DNA from: Eledone cirrhosa
Lineage: Eukaryota
NCBI GenBank assembly: GCA_964016885.1
Contig: OZ024740.1
Span: forward strand, 105,338,001-105,402,000
DNA: 64,000 bases
Direction: 5' to 3'
Shown: piece after piece, positions 24,101 to 40,200 of the stretch
Numbering within the stretch: position 1 is the stretch's first letter
How the letters are laid out: each line of letters opens with the position of its first letter
Notes under the pieces: generated by a model
Told to the model about the DNA's origin: nothing
The model's input: the letters and a program-made list of their open reading frames with translations, nothing else
Database searches by the model: none
Program-made: the position numbers and the translations under genes

Positions 24101-25200
24101 CCTATAGTTTTTCGTATGTCAACAATCTTTTTTCTGTTTTAGTTTTATATGATGGTATTTTTTGTGGTGTTTTGTTCTTGCTATCACCAAGATAATGATT
24201 CACTGTCGTTGTTAGGGTATATAAACAGGCGTTGATTTGCCAAAATGTTGGGGTTTTAATCTGTCGTAAATATTCACCTCGTATTTCGTCAATAGCACGT
24301 AATATTTCATTATTTGGTTTTATTTTATTTTGTATTGTTTTATTACGTTCAGCAAGAGAAATGTTTATACAAGAATAAATTTCTCTCTGGAAGATTTCGT
24401 TGAGAGAAAATTTCAATTGTTTATACTTTTGATTATTATTATCGATAGTGTTTTCCACAATAGTCGAGGCATACTCAGATGGTACACGTGGTGTCAAATT
24501 TCTTACCGGCATAGTTGCTTCAAGGGACTCTTAGGCCTGGTTGCTAGGAATTCTAGTCGCATGGCGACCTGTAGCACGTGTTGTTGATTCCATATTTGTT
24601 CTGGGGGACTAACAATTAATAATATTTATCTTATTTTCCGTTCAACAAACGTCGCTTGTTGGCGTAATTCTTTGGCTGTGAAGTGATTTAGCTCTGGGTG
24701 TATTTCGTCCCAGTGTAGCTTCATTCTGTTCACATAGCCAACGGATGGATATTTTCGACATTTTATAACAATTAAATAAATCATCATTAAGTTCACAACT
24801 CCAAGAGAAATGCGATTTATAATTTCGGTTTCTTCTGTAGCTGCAACTGAATAAATTTAGTTTACCTTTCTCATTGATTTTCTCATTGGTTTTCTTCGGT
24901 AAATTGTTTTCGTTCTTTGTGTTCGGTAAATTGTTTTCGTTCCTTGTGTTCGGTAAATTGTCATTGTTGATGTTGTGTCCAACCATCTTGTTTGTAGCAA
25001 ATCCTTGTAAAATGAATTTTGTATTTAGTCGGATATCCCTACGAATTCGAATAAAGCGTGCCTTCAGTGGATATAGTTAGACGAATACCCAATTATTCAA
25101 AACGACTGATAGTGTGGCATTACTATCGGAGATATTATTCATCTTAAATTTAATGAATAGTCTCCCACGCGAAAATGTGCGACTGATCGCGTTGACTGAC
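21158..25200 (-). mobile_element. Near full-length pseudogenised Dong/R4-clade non-LTR retrotransposon (RT, CCHC, RLE)
   Basis: ORF pieces 24986 to ~21390: WLDYRKAFDSV, GIFQGDSLS, HNFFVDDLKLY (RT), CRLC..EDVTHVISSC (zinc knuckle), RHDVVA, HNRPDI (RLE). Many frameshifts and stops. A 27-bp x3 repeat at ~24890-24965 encodes NENNLP(N/K)(T/K). Confidence 0.9.
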
Positions 25201-25588
25201 TGTATATGTCAGTCTGTACGTACGTACGCCCGTCCGTACGTACGTCCGTCCGTCGGTACGTACGGACGTACGTACGCATGTATGTATATATTTATTTTAA
25301 TATAATGTGGGGTTAACCAATGCTTGTGAGTGGAATTTGATAGGAAGAAACAGCAGAAGCCCATCTTATGCACACAAACAGTATATTTAATATTATGCAG
25401 TTTATGGTAATGAATACACTCTATGTTCCATAGCTTATAACAATATTAGATGTGATATCTTATATACTAGCGGTTCAATAAAAAAGATCGATATGTTTGA
25501 CTAAATCAATGTAGTCTCGAACCTGACCGCAGTCTAATGATTGAAAACGTAAAGAAATAATATATATATATATATATATAAAAATTTA

Positions 25589-28395
<2,807 letters not shown>

Positions 28396-29475
28396 TCCAT
28401 ACGGCCTTCGTTGCAAAGAAAGATTCTCATCAGAAGGTTCTTTTCATTCAAAGAATATAAAATTCTTGAATTTAAATTACCCAAAACTGTTACCGAGATG
28501 AGAGTAAATGAAGTGGAATCAATTTTTTCAAGGGCCGAGTGCAAAGATAGAGGCAGAGGCAGAGAGGTCAGTCGGCTACCGCTATAAATAGCAGTAGTCA
28601 AAATGACCAAATTTCATCTCGACCAAGAGGAGAATAATTATAATAAAGTATATATCCCTACACGCAAAAAGCGTCCAGGGACACATGTATTGTCCAACCA
28701 TATGCCAATGTGGTTCAATGGCAGGTTAATAAATTAACGAGCCAGAAAATATATAATCAAGGTTTAGCAAATAAGAAAAAGTTTCAAAATAAATTTCAAA
28801 AAATTCACTGTACTCACAGAACGGAAGCCTGTTGATAAAGTGAGTCCACAGTTCGGTTCACTGCGCAAGTGGAATTGTTGATTTCGGATTTCATAGAAAC
28901 CTATCGGAGATATTGCTTAATATCGATCGAGATGGTCTAGGTTTGTCAATACCTGATTGATTTTTTCGTTGCTTTGGTTCATGTGGCTGGGTCACCGGTC
29001 GCAGTTTTCAATTTGTCAAGCTATCTAACGTATGTTATTACTCTATGGTGACACAACCTTATCGAGTGTTTTGCTGCCCTCACATTCCTAATTGTATGTC
29101 GTTAGCTTGGCCACAGCCAAAACTTTGATTTTACTAAACTTCCATTTGTATATATATAGGATAACAAGTTATCGTTATAGGTAATCCAGTTAGACGTTGT
29201 GAGTACTCTGTGTCGTGGATAGTTTTAACGTACGGCTTTGTTTGACTCAACAAGATGTTTCCATAGTTAGGCAGTGAGTTCGCGAGAATTCCTATGCAGG
29301 TTATACTTGGAGTAATAATAGTGAAAGATTGAAGAGTATTGGAGTTCGAGTGACGCAACTTCGAGCGATTAGCGGCCTCTAGACTCACCTGATCAATGAA
29401 ACAATTATTAATACCTGAAATAAAGCCCCTTGTACAGCCGACCATGTTACTCTTCAATATTTCACTATATATATA

Positions 29476-30088
29476 TACTAGAGTAAAACATGTCCAGAGA
29501 ATTATTTGAATAATCTCCCATAAGGTTGAGATAAAATTTGGGCGATATTAGGCTGCGCTTTCTAGCAACCAACCCACTCGCCGTAAGCAACCAATCACAC
29601 CCTTCCTGACTTTACCACTTCCACGTCACAGTTCTCAACCATTTTGAATTCGTGTTTGGCGGGGGCCACTTCGGAAAATAATATGTCCTAGCGAGTTTGT
29701 CCCCTGAAGAGCTCTAACACTCGAGTATTTCCTTAATAAGGTATCTCAAAAGTGAGCGAAACCCGACGGTCGGGATTTAGTGATTTAATCCTGGTATGTA
29801 TATAAGCATTTCTAACATTAATTTTTACCTAATTATGTATGGTTGACCGTATATTTAATTAATTTCCACGTGCTGTTGAAATGTTGGGTAAATATTCTAT
29901 ATCGGTTGTGCGGGAAGACGCCGCAATGGTATATTTATTTACTATTTCTTCATAGATGCCTTTTATTCTTATAGCCTGGTCTAATTGATTTTTTGTGTGG
30001 TTAATTATGCTGATTGGGAATAGAGATGATGTATATATATATATATATATATTATCAAATAATTCTCTGGACATGTTTTACTCTAGTA
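29476..30088 (+). mobile_element. Non-coding element bounded by ~39-bp inverted repeats, containing a hammerhead (Penelope pLTR-type)
   Basis: tactagagtaaaacatgtccagagaattatttgaataat at the left is the reverse complement (1-nt indel) of attatcaaataattctctggacatgttttactctagta at the right. Confidence 0.65.
29699..29776 (+). ncRNA. Canonical type I hammerhead ribozyme
   Basis: GTCCC-CTGAAGA-GCTC-[39 nt]-GAGC-GAAACC-cgac-GGTC-GGGAT. All core nucleotides are present, with a GUC triplet (predicted cleavage after 29771). Confidence 0.8.
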
Positions 30089-30194
30089 TTTTGCTCTGAT
30101 TGTTTAATTTATTAATTCTTCATTGAGCCTCAACGTGAAAAGTTGCCAAAACACATATATACCTCTGACTTTGTTTAATTGTTGTATGTGTAAA

Positions 30195-30281
<87 letters not shown>

Positions 30282-30287
<6 letters not shown>

Positions 30288-31906
30288 TTTCTGAATTTGT
30301 TTAGCAAGATTCTTTATCTGAAAACGTGTGTTGAAACCGATATTGTTATGGTTTTGGAGGGTCATGTTGCCAATAAGAAACACACTACGTTGATGATATA
30401 AACATCGTAGTAAAAACACCCCACTAGAGAACAGTCAGGAATTAGAGAAAAACACCATGGAAAGCATCCAGCAAATAGCTAACTCCATCCACCAGAGTAT
30501 TAGAGTAACTATAGACTACCCAAGCAAACACCCCCAACCATCGATTACATGTACTAGACACAGAGCTCTGGTTAGAAACCATTAATAACAAAAAACAAAT
30601 CCCCCATTCCCATTATGCCAAACCCATGGCTTCCAAATATCTGATCCACTGAAACTCAGCTGTTTCGGACCACACCAAAATCAACATACTGATTGCGGAT
30701 TTGGTACGGGTTATGAGAAACGTGTCCCGCATGTGCAACCCCAAAGAACTAGAGAGACACATACAACACTTCATCCACCGTATGCAGTTCTCTGGTTACA
30801 ATCAGAGAGATAAAATCAGAGTATATAGAGGAGCCAGAACCAAATGGGAAAAAATGGTAAATAATGATACAAATGGGACCTGCCCCTTGTATAGGAGCAA
30901 ATTTTGGAATAGAATAGAAAGAACTAGGAATAAGGTTAATAGAATAAACTCATGGTATGATAGCAATAAATACCAGAGTGTAATGTTCATCAATACAACC
31001 CCTAGAGGTGAATTACCTTACAAATTTAGAAGGGCCCTAGATAAACATAAACTCAATATTAAGATAGTAGAAAGACCAGGTACCTCCATAAAAACACTTA
31101 TTAGCAATACATACCCTTTTCAAAGACCTCCCTGTATAGATAAGAAATGTATAATCTGTAAACTAAGCCTCCATATTAACTGTAAAACTAGAAATGTAGT
31201 ATATAGCATAAGATGTACTGAAGGACAATGTAGAGATAAGAATATAGTGTACATAGGTGAGACAGCTCGTAGTATAGGAGAACAGATAAATGAACACTGG
31301 CGAGAGCTTCAAGATAGAAAAGAATCATCTGTACTCCACCAACATGCTAAAATAGAACATAAGGGTAAATTAGAGAACATAGAAATAAAAATAGAATCTA
31401 CACACAGAAAAGACCCAACGTTTAGACAAATCACAGAGGCAGTAAACATAAATGAACTCCAACCAAAATTAAATAGAAAACATTAATGGAATAGCAACAT
31501 CACAACTTACAATTAAGGACAAAATGAAAACACACACACACATAGAACAAACAGCCAACCAGTAACATGTAAATAAACAAATAAATAAACAAATATAAAC
31601 ACACACAGACACCCGGATGTAAAACATGCGCAAACTAAGCACACAACACACACAAAAACAAGATGGCGTAGGACAAAACAAAGGAGAGGCACAAAAACAA
31701 AGAAAATAATCCCCAGTCACTGAAGAGGTCACAGAATGTGTGACGAAAGAACTTTGACAATATATAAACAACCGTCCGGTTATGGAACCAACCATCCAAC
31801 CGGATATTTATAAATTCTTAAATTTATAAATTTAATTTATAATAAATTGGAGTGAAAGCCACTGGTACGTGTGTTTCTTATTGGCAACATGACCCTCCCA
31901 AAGCAT

Positions 31907-31988
<82 letters not shown>

Positions 31989-32110
31989 ATACTTTGGCAG
32001 GGTCATGTTGCCAATAAGAAACACACGCTTATTGGCAACATGAGTATAACAATATCAGTTTCCTCACACGTTTTCAGATAAAGAATCTTGCTAAACAAAT
32101 TCAGAAACGA
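30282..32110 (+). mobile_element. 5'-truncated Penelope-like element with inverted pLTR pieces
   Basis: RT thumb remnant 30420-30700 (VLDTELW, HYAKPMAS) and ORF 30701-31486 with GIY-YIG (CKTRNVVY..C..YIGETARS..EH..H..RQITEA..LN). 30282-30386 is inverted relative to 31870-31912 and 32026-32108. Flanked by (TA)n. Confidence 0.9.
31716..31758 (+). ncRNA. Minimal hammerhead motif in the Penelope 3' pLTR
   Basis: GTCA-CTGAAGA-gGTCACAgaatgTGTGAC-GAAAG-aa-CTT-TGAC. A related degenerate copy (CCGAAGA...GAAAGAACTTTGA) lies at 36979-37015. Confidence 0.6.
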
Positions 32111-32599
32111 AATATATATATATATATATGTATATATATTCCTTAATCTTTTTATCACAAGACAGTTAAAGGGAATGCCGTGATCCACCGTTCTATCTCC
32201 TTTATTCTCTGACTCCTTACTAACTGTAACTATAAAATAGCATTAGCAAACTGTCAGTGTTTTTGTATAATTAATCTATTTCTTTTAGCTCGCCTATCTG
32301 CCTGTCATTCTGTTATATCATATACAGTCTTGAATATTACTCTTAATTTTTCCACGCAACATCTTTCTCTCTCCTCTCTGTATCTGCTTCTGACTGTCTT
32401 AGAAAGCACGAAGAGCCAATGCATTAATGACCAAGCATTATCTGACAACTAAACTGCATTTCCATATATCTCTACCAGCTTTGCTAACCTGACAGATTTT
32501 TTCCCAGTGTATTTATTTTTTTATTTGCTTTTCCCAAACATACATTATAATATAATTCCTACACTTTACTGAACTCTTCCATGTGAAAATGTTGAAAAC

Positions 32600-32631
<32 letters not shown>

Positions 32632-32796
32632 AATACTCTGCACCCACAAAAAGCAATGAATAGAAATTATTTGAAGGTTGAAAATCACAGATCGTAATGA
32701 ATAAAATGAAACACCTTTGCCAAATTGAAATACATACATAGATACATATATATACATATATACGTACGCGCTTGCAAGTAAACACATGCATATGTA

Positions 32797-32989
32797 CGAG
32801 GGTCGGCTGAAAAGTTCACAGGCTATGAAGAGTGATGCTAGAACTGTGAAACCTTACATGCATTAATTTCAACTCTTCTTACTAATAAGTGCATTGTTTA
32901 TTTCCAGGGACTATGTTGAAAAATAAACTTCATTTGGTCATTCTATGAGAGTATCTTGATCAACCTATGAACTTTTCAGCTGACCCTCG
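32797..32989. mobile_element. Complete mariner-type MITE
   Basis: TA|CGAGGGTCGGCTGAAAAGTTCA ... TGAACTTTTCAGCTGACCCTCG|TA: TIRs plus TA TSD. Confidence 0.88.
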
Positions 32990-33032
32990 TATCTGTTACG
33001 TGTGCGTATATATCTGTCTGTCACTCTCTCCG

Positions 33033-33099
<67 letters not shown>

Positions 33100-33106
<7 letters not shown>

Positions 33107-33344
33107 ATAATAATAAATGTGAAGACTAAAATCCAAAGAGGGCTCGATAAGGATAAATATATATCAAATATATAAGAACCCTAGAGCAAATATTTATTAA
33201 AATAACAGGTTAAAGTTTAAGCAAAGAATCGTTGCTTTCACCCTCAACGGGATCTTCTGAAACTAAAAAGATTGAGTTTTTTAGTTTCAGAAGATCCTGT
33301 TAAGGGTGAAAGCAGCGATTCTTTGCTTAAACTTTAACCTGTTA

Positions 33345-33352
<8 letters not shown>
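33100..33352. mobile_element. Fold-back Penelope pLTR fragment in (TA)n
   Basis: Inverted repeat 33195-33352. The arm contains hammerhead-like CAGAAGA-TCC..GGT-GAAAGC, also seen at 36843-36870. Confidence 0.65.
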
Positions 33353-33439
<87 letters not shown>

Positions 33440-33474
33440 AAATTAACGAAGATCGTTGATATTAAGTCAACGAA

Positions 33475-34863
33475 TCTAAACTATAATAAAGTAAGGAATG
33501 CGGGACTGCGAACGGTTTATTTCTTTTAATCCAGTTAGTAAAATAAGTTGGATTACTGTCAATAAATAATTGTTTCTACTTTTGGCACAAGGCCAGCAAT
33601 TACCCAGTACATTACTGGTACTTTATTTTATCGACCCCGTAAGGATGAAAGGCAAAGTTAACCCCGGCTGGATTTGAACTCAGATCATAAAGGGAGGTAA
33701 CTCTATGCTTCAAAGCATGGCGCCCATTCAATAAATAATGAATGAATATTACATAATTTATGTACTTCATTTCGTAATTTTGTTATTGAATTTGATATAA
33801 ATAATTGTATTGCTTATTTATAATTGACTTCTTTTCAAAGCTTAAATTTCTACACTTCCCGTATTTCGCCGCCACCGCTACCACTTCAACTACCATATAT
33901 ATATAGAAAGAGAGAGTGTGTGACGCATATGTGTGTGTATGTGCACATACATACATCTATATGTCTGATTATATCACTATAATCGTGCAAACACAGACTT
34001 ATGAAAATACACGCCCACGGACATGCATTAACATATATATTTACACAAACACACACATACAGTCATGATAACGTTCGGTGAATTGGAAATGGGAGGGTAA
34101 AACAAGTATAATATTTTATTTATTTATTCACAACACAGTTTAACTCTTTTTTTAAAAACTCATTCGTATAAACATTTAATATAATGGTTACAGAACTAAA
34201 ACAAACAAATATAATATATACAAAGGAAAGGGAAAGGAAAAAAAGAAAGAGAAAAAATACACAAGCGCGTAGAACACAACCACATAGAACAAAATGCAGG
34301 GAAAAACGAGACGCTACCAGAGCAAAAGATAACAATATAGCGAGGAGCACTGGGAAACCTCTCTAATAATTTTTGATGCAAGTCAGCACGCTTGCAGCGT
34401 TACCTGGGGTGATGGCGAGGCTGAGGTGCTGGAACAACCAAGTGACTTCACGAGCATCACCAGTTACCTCTGTTTGGCGAGCCGCCAGTGGAGATAAGAA
34501 CCTCGCTGTCAGTAGCCAGACTCCCCCAAACGTGTCGAACGCCACAGGCTGGATAATGTAGTTAGCTGACAGAACACGGTATTTTAGGATTTTGTTCCGT
34601 TCAGTTGCGGATTTTGAAGCTTACCGCTGCATCCAGAATGTGGTAAGAAGCGAAAGAGTCACTAAATTAGACGTCCCAGGTAAGGCACCTGCCCCTTGAC
34701 CAGGAGCACAGAGTAAGACAGTCAAGTCTTTTCCCATCAATTCTGGATAATCCAGACGGTTCCAAAATTGAGGGGATGTTTGCCTGGCCCAAAGCTCTTA
34801 AGTGGTAATATGACAGTGTGTGTATGTGCGCGCGTGTAATTTTGTTGGCGTTCTTAAATTAGA

Positions 34864-34957
<94 letters not shown>

Positions 34958-35338
34958 ACTGTGTTTAAGTTAGAGACATGTATGTGTGTATCCCTTTCCT
35001 TCCTTTTACACACACATACATTCACACAAGCACACATACACATTGTGTGATGGATGGGTGGACAGAATTCCCTCAAATTTAAATACATGTGAATGGAGTT
35101 CTACTGAAGCAGTTAGAGAAGTTGAAGTATATTGGAACCTTGTTCATGAGTGATGGAATGTAGGATGGTGAATTAAGTGCAAGATTTGCAAAAGCTGATG
35201 CAGTAAAGTGCCAGTCTCAGCATTCAGCAATCAGAAGAAGGGGGTAGGTATAAAAGCCAAACTCGCTGTCTTCCTGGTATTCCTGCCAACTCTTACCAAG
35301 GATGATGAATCTTGAATAATGACCAAAAGAATACAAGA
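33475..35338 (+). mobile_element. Non-autonomous Helitron carrying CRE and RTE fragments, 3'-truncated
   Basis: A|TCTAAACTATAATAAAG start. Collinear with 44855-47000. Nested SINE 33571-33727 with TSD tcaataaataat. Confidence 0.72.
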
Positions 35339-35369
35339 TTTTTAGTTTAAGGTGTCATCATTGGCATAG

Positions 35370-36078
35370 AGTATTTCCGGGAAATGCCTCTCCAGTAACA
35401 TTGTCTACAAATGTAAGGTCGACACACCCACGTATAGTAAGGCCTACATAGGGTTAACTGCCAATAGATTCAAGCAGCGTCTTTACATGCACACCCATTC
35501 TTTTCTTAACCCTCTAAGAAGGAACATGAAGTCACTTTCAGCTTATATATAAAGGACAACCACACCCTATATAGGTTACACTGGGAGATCCTAGCTAAAG
35601 CTAGATCGTATAACGGAAATAAAAGACCATGCGATCTTTGCACCGCTGAAGCCCTGGAAATACTCTACGCCAATGATCACATCTTAAACAAAAAAATTGA
35701 GGCAATTTCGGCTTGTAAACACAAATTGCATAACATTTTCCTGTATTACAGCCCCATATTATACCCTCACGAATAGTACGAACACTACGCGGATAATTTA
35801 CGCCTTGATATGGTAGTTAAGTATATTTTATGTTTATAGCATTACTTATTTGTATAGGTACGTATATTTTCTTGTACGTATATATGCTTGTATATGTTAT
35901 AGGAGTATTTATTATATATACTGGTATGTGTGTATATGGTTATGTGTATATGTGTATTTCGTGTTTGTGCGTGTATATTTGTATGCCTATATGTGTGTAT
36001 ATGTGTATGTGTGTATATATGTATTTGTGTATATTTATGTATATTTATGTGTATTGTATATTTGTGTATATATGTGTG

Positions 36079-36114
<36 letters not shown>

Positions 36115-36890
36115 TATATGTGTGTGTGTGGGTGGGTGGGGGTGGGGGTTGTTCGTGCGTGTGTGTGTGTGGATGTATGGGTATGCGTGTATGCGTATGT
36201 GCATGTACGTGTATTATATTTGTTTTGCGTGTGTGGATTTATATAGATATTTATATACATGTGGGTGTTATGTATATGTATGTATGCGTGTACGTATGTA
36301 TGTATGTGTATATTTATATATGTATATATAATTATATGTATATATGCACACACACACATATATTTATATGTGTTTTTGGTGTATACGTTCGCATGTGTGC
36401 GGGTATATCTGTCGTGCCGGTTTACGTACGTGTGCGCGTGTCTATGTGTACGTGCAGGTATATGCATGTATGGCGTGTGTTTTGCGTATGGACGTGTATG
36501 TACGTATATAGATGTGTGTATGTATATATTTAATTATTATTACTTTTATGAATTTAATAACCTCTGTTATTTTCGTTCAACTAATTTATTTACATATTCT
36601 TAACTCCGAAGCCGAGAATCATTCGGTTTCCTAAATATAATATTAGTCTAATGACTCCATTTATACCATAAACGTGGTTTTGTCTTTGCGTGTAATTGTT
36701 CTCCATGCTCCACATAACGACGACTTATCTTTGCTTTTTTCCGTTCATTGCCAGGGAACATCTTCACGAACAAAGTATCGTCGTCCTGTTTCCGCTTTTC
36801 GAAATATTTACTTCTGCGTTCACAGATTGATTTTTTTTGTTTCAGAAGATCCCGTTAAGGGTGAAAGCAGCGATTCTTTGCTTAAACTTT
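35370..36890 (+). mobile_element. Penelope-like element 3' part (GIY-YIG, TG/TA-rich UTR, pLTR)
   Basis: KCLSSNIVYKC..YIGLTANRFKQR..WEIL..CDLCTAEALEIL..LNKK in 35380-35720. The pLTR end matches 33280-33335. Confidence 0.8.
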
Positions 36891-37207
36891 AAGAGACGGA
36901 GACAAGAATAAGTAATAAATAAATAAAATAAAAATGGTGTAGACATACAATACAACAGGAGGAAACATACTAGTACTACCGAAGATGTTGCAGATGTGCA
37001 ATGAAAGAACTTTGATAGACTATATATATATATATTTATATCTGTATTTCTAACCTTTGGTCAATCAATGATAAACTTTGATTGTCAAATAAATTAACTA
37101 TGGAGATATAAAATTTACAGAAACGAAAACCAACCAAACAGTGAGTGTGTTCTGTTATTATTTCTGGCAATATTATTACAACAATATGACCCTTCCCAAA
37201 TATAACA

Positions 37208-37239
<32 letters not shown>

Positions 37240-37246
<7 letters not shown>

Positions 37247-38008
37247 TGAGTCCTTCATCAGTGACCCTCCAACCGTCCTAGGCATTTCATCGCTTTAAGG
37301 GCCATATACCTCAGGTTGGTGCGAACAACGGCTAAACAAAGCCGTTGGGACACGTAAATAAAGAGAACGTTAGGGTGAACAAACAAAATGGTTTAAGCAA
37401 CAGAAAGTGAGAAGAAAGAGACAAGTCCCAGATTTCTATGAATATAAACTCGATAAAATCGTGAACTAGAGAATAAAGACCATCAGACCTGGTTGAAATG
37501 TGAGCAAGGAAGGAATTTCGCACAGGTCTAACGGGAGGAAGAAGAAGGGGTCTGGTCTGCGAATTCGGTAAACATAAGTTCTGTGAAGACGCAGACGAGA
37601 GAGAGAGAGAAAAAAAATTCATACCGGCTTGGCCAAGAGTGCGCGAGAAAAGAAATCGGACAGGTCAAGCGGGAAGAAAGAGGAGTGGAGGAGAGGTAGT
37701 GACAGGGTATGAGTGAGTGAAAGTTGAGGAAGAGGCTAACAGAGAGAGAGACTGCTAGAAAGGGTAAAGATACAAAGAACGAAACAGACGGGTGGCAGCA
37801 GAGGAAAAAATATGTGTAAATATGATAATAATGGAGCTGCGGCGTTGCAAATGGGTTACATATAAAAAAGTGAGTCCTTCATCAGTGACCCTCCAACCGT
37901 CCTAGGCATTTCATCGCTTTAAGGGCCATATACCTCAGGTTGGTGCGAACAACGGCTAAACAAAGTCGTTGGGACACGTAAATTAAGAGAACGTTAGGGT
38001 GAACAAAC
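37240..38008 (-). mobile_element. ~620-bp non-coding element, 1.2 head-to-tail units
   Basis: Sequence at 37246 recurs at 37870 (period 624). Homologous to 48300-49253. Strand inferred from the hammerhead-like boxes. Confidence 0.8.
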
Positions 38009-38025
38009 TATATACATACATACAT

Positions 38026-38631
38026 ATATGGTGGCTGCCAACTCGTTTTCGAGTACGGCCACTACTTTATATCCATGTAGGAGAACTCCTACCGATGCGC
38101 TGAACGAGTGTGACTTTTTAGTCCAGCCAGCGACCTGAAAACTCTGGTACAAACACTACATCTGTGACAATTATTGACACATAGTGCTGGGCCCTTGGTA
38201 CCATGTGACGACAAGTGCAGAGAGATCTCCAGATACAAAGCAATGCCTGTGCCGTGAAGCATTTATAGTGAGCAAAGGCACAAAGGCAGTCCCACTCTCT
38301 TAACCAAGATGATATTTACCAAAAAGAAGAACAAGTCAACATCATTGGATACCATCAGGGTTGCAGGTGTTATATCAGAGTTTTCCTTCTTCTAGAATTC
38401 TGCCTTGACAAAGGCTAAGGGGTCATCTCTCCCGGTGATTTTGGATGGCCATTGACTCTTAAGAGCTCCTTTGCCCTTTGACAGGTTTTGTTTTTAGTCC
38501 TGCAGGATGTCCAAAGTCACCCTCCTCACCAAGAAACCTTGGTGGGGTTGCCAGTTTAGTCGCCAACGAGCCGACTATGATACAGGTTGTACTGGGATAC
38601 ATGTTACCAGTAGCACCAACTGGTGACCTGA
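38026..38631 (-). mobile_element. Bipartite RTE-derived non-autonomous element (5' UTR joined to 3' end) within (TACA)n
   Basis: The 3' part equals 20843-21097. The 5' part (ggtgaggagggtgactttggacatcctgcagg...aagagtcaa) matches 55105-55195 upstream of the RTE LINE. A second, 5'-truncated copy lies at 38860-39271. Confidence 0.7.
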
Positions 38632-38793
38632 CATACATACATACATACATACATCCATCCATCCATCCATACATACATACATACATACATACATATACAT
38701 ACATACATACACATATATATACATATACACATATACATATACATATACATACATACATACATACATACATACATACATACATACATACATACA

Positions 38794-38829
<36 letters not shown>

Positions 38830-39296
38830 CATACATACATACATACATATATATATATATGGTGGCTGCCAACTCGTTTTAGAGTACGGCCACTACTTTA
38901 TATCCATGTAGGAGAACCCCTACTGATGCGCTAAACGAGTGTGACTTTTTAGTCCAGCCAGCGACTTGAAAACTCTGGTACAAACACTACACTTGTGACA
39001 ATTATTGACACATAGTGCTGGGCCCATGGTACCATGTGACGACAAGTGCAGAGAGATCTCCAGATATGAAGCAATGCCTGTGCCGTGAAGCTTTTATAGT
39101 GAGCAAAGCACTGCACAAAGCCAGTCCCACTCTCTTAACCAAGATGATATTTACCAAAAAGAAGAACAAGTCAACATCATTGGATACCATCAGAGTTGCA
39201 GGTGTTATATCAGAGTTTTCCTTCTCCTAGAATTCTGCCTTGACAAAGGCTAAGGTGTCATCTCTCCCGGATACATACATACATACATACATACAT

Positions 39297-39431
<135 letters not shown>

Positions 39432-39479
39432 CACGCGTACACACACATATGCGATAGCCTACAAAGAGCTACATTTTAA

Positions 39480-40200
39480 AAACCCAGTCTATGTCATACA
39501 TATTCTGTGTTCAAATCCTGCCTAAGTCAACATCCCACAAAATCTAATAACTAAAGTACCAGCAAAATACTTGATGATTCCCTCCCCTCATAATTTGCGA
39601 CCCTGTGCCTATATTAGTAATAGTTATTAAAGGTTGTGGATTTGCATAATTGTTAGAAGGTCAGACAAAATGTCTGGCTATGTTTAGTTCCGAATTTTAC
39701 AACTGGATTAACTTAACCGTTTGGAGTCTATAAAACAAAGTGTTTGTCAAGAAGTTGGGTTGATTTACCCACCACCCAATTGTAGCATTGTGCCTATGTT
39801 AGAAACAATTACTATTACTTCGGAGAGGGGAGTGGATTGACAGCATCGGGAGAGCATCGGACAACATGCTTCAGGGAAAAGAATTACAACGGTAGTTTAC
39901 GTTCTGATTTCAAATCCCGCCGAGGTTAGCTTTGCTGTTAATCCTTACGGGGTCGATAAAATAAAGTAGGATTAACGCATTGGGGTCGATTTAATCGACT
40001 TACCATAAAATTGTTGGCCTTATGCATATATCAGAAACCAATATAACCTCGGAGAGAATGCCAATCGCTATTTGTTCCACAAGTTTACGATCTGAGTTCA
40101 AATCATTCCAAAGTAAACATTGCTTTTTTATCCTTACTGTCTCGAGAAGATAAAGTACCAGCTTTGTATGTGGGATAATTTTATCGATTGTCATTCCCCT
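39480..40200 (+). mobile_element. Array of decayed tRNA-SINE copies
   Basis: Several diverged gttcaaatcc / ggggtcgat / agaaacaatt segments in tandem. Confidence 0.65.

Noticed and set aside
28398-28436. Minus-strand CTGATGA...GAA hammerhead candidate (also a degenerate one at ~151-184)
   Set aside because: Stem II cannot be formed or the core bases are substituted.
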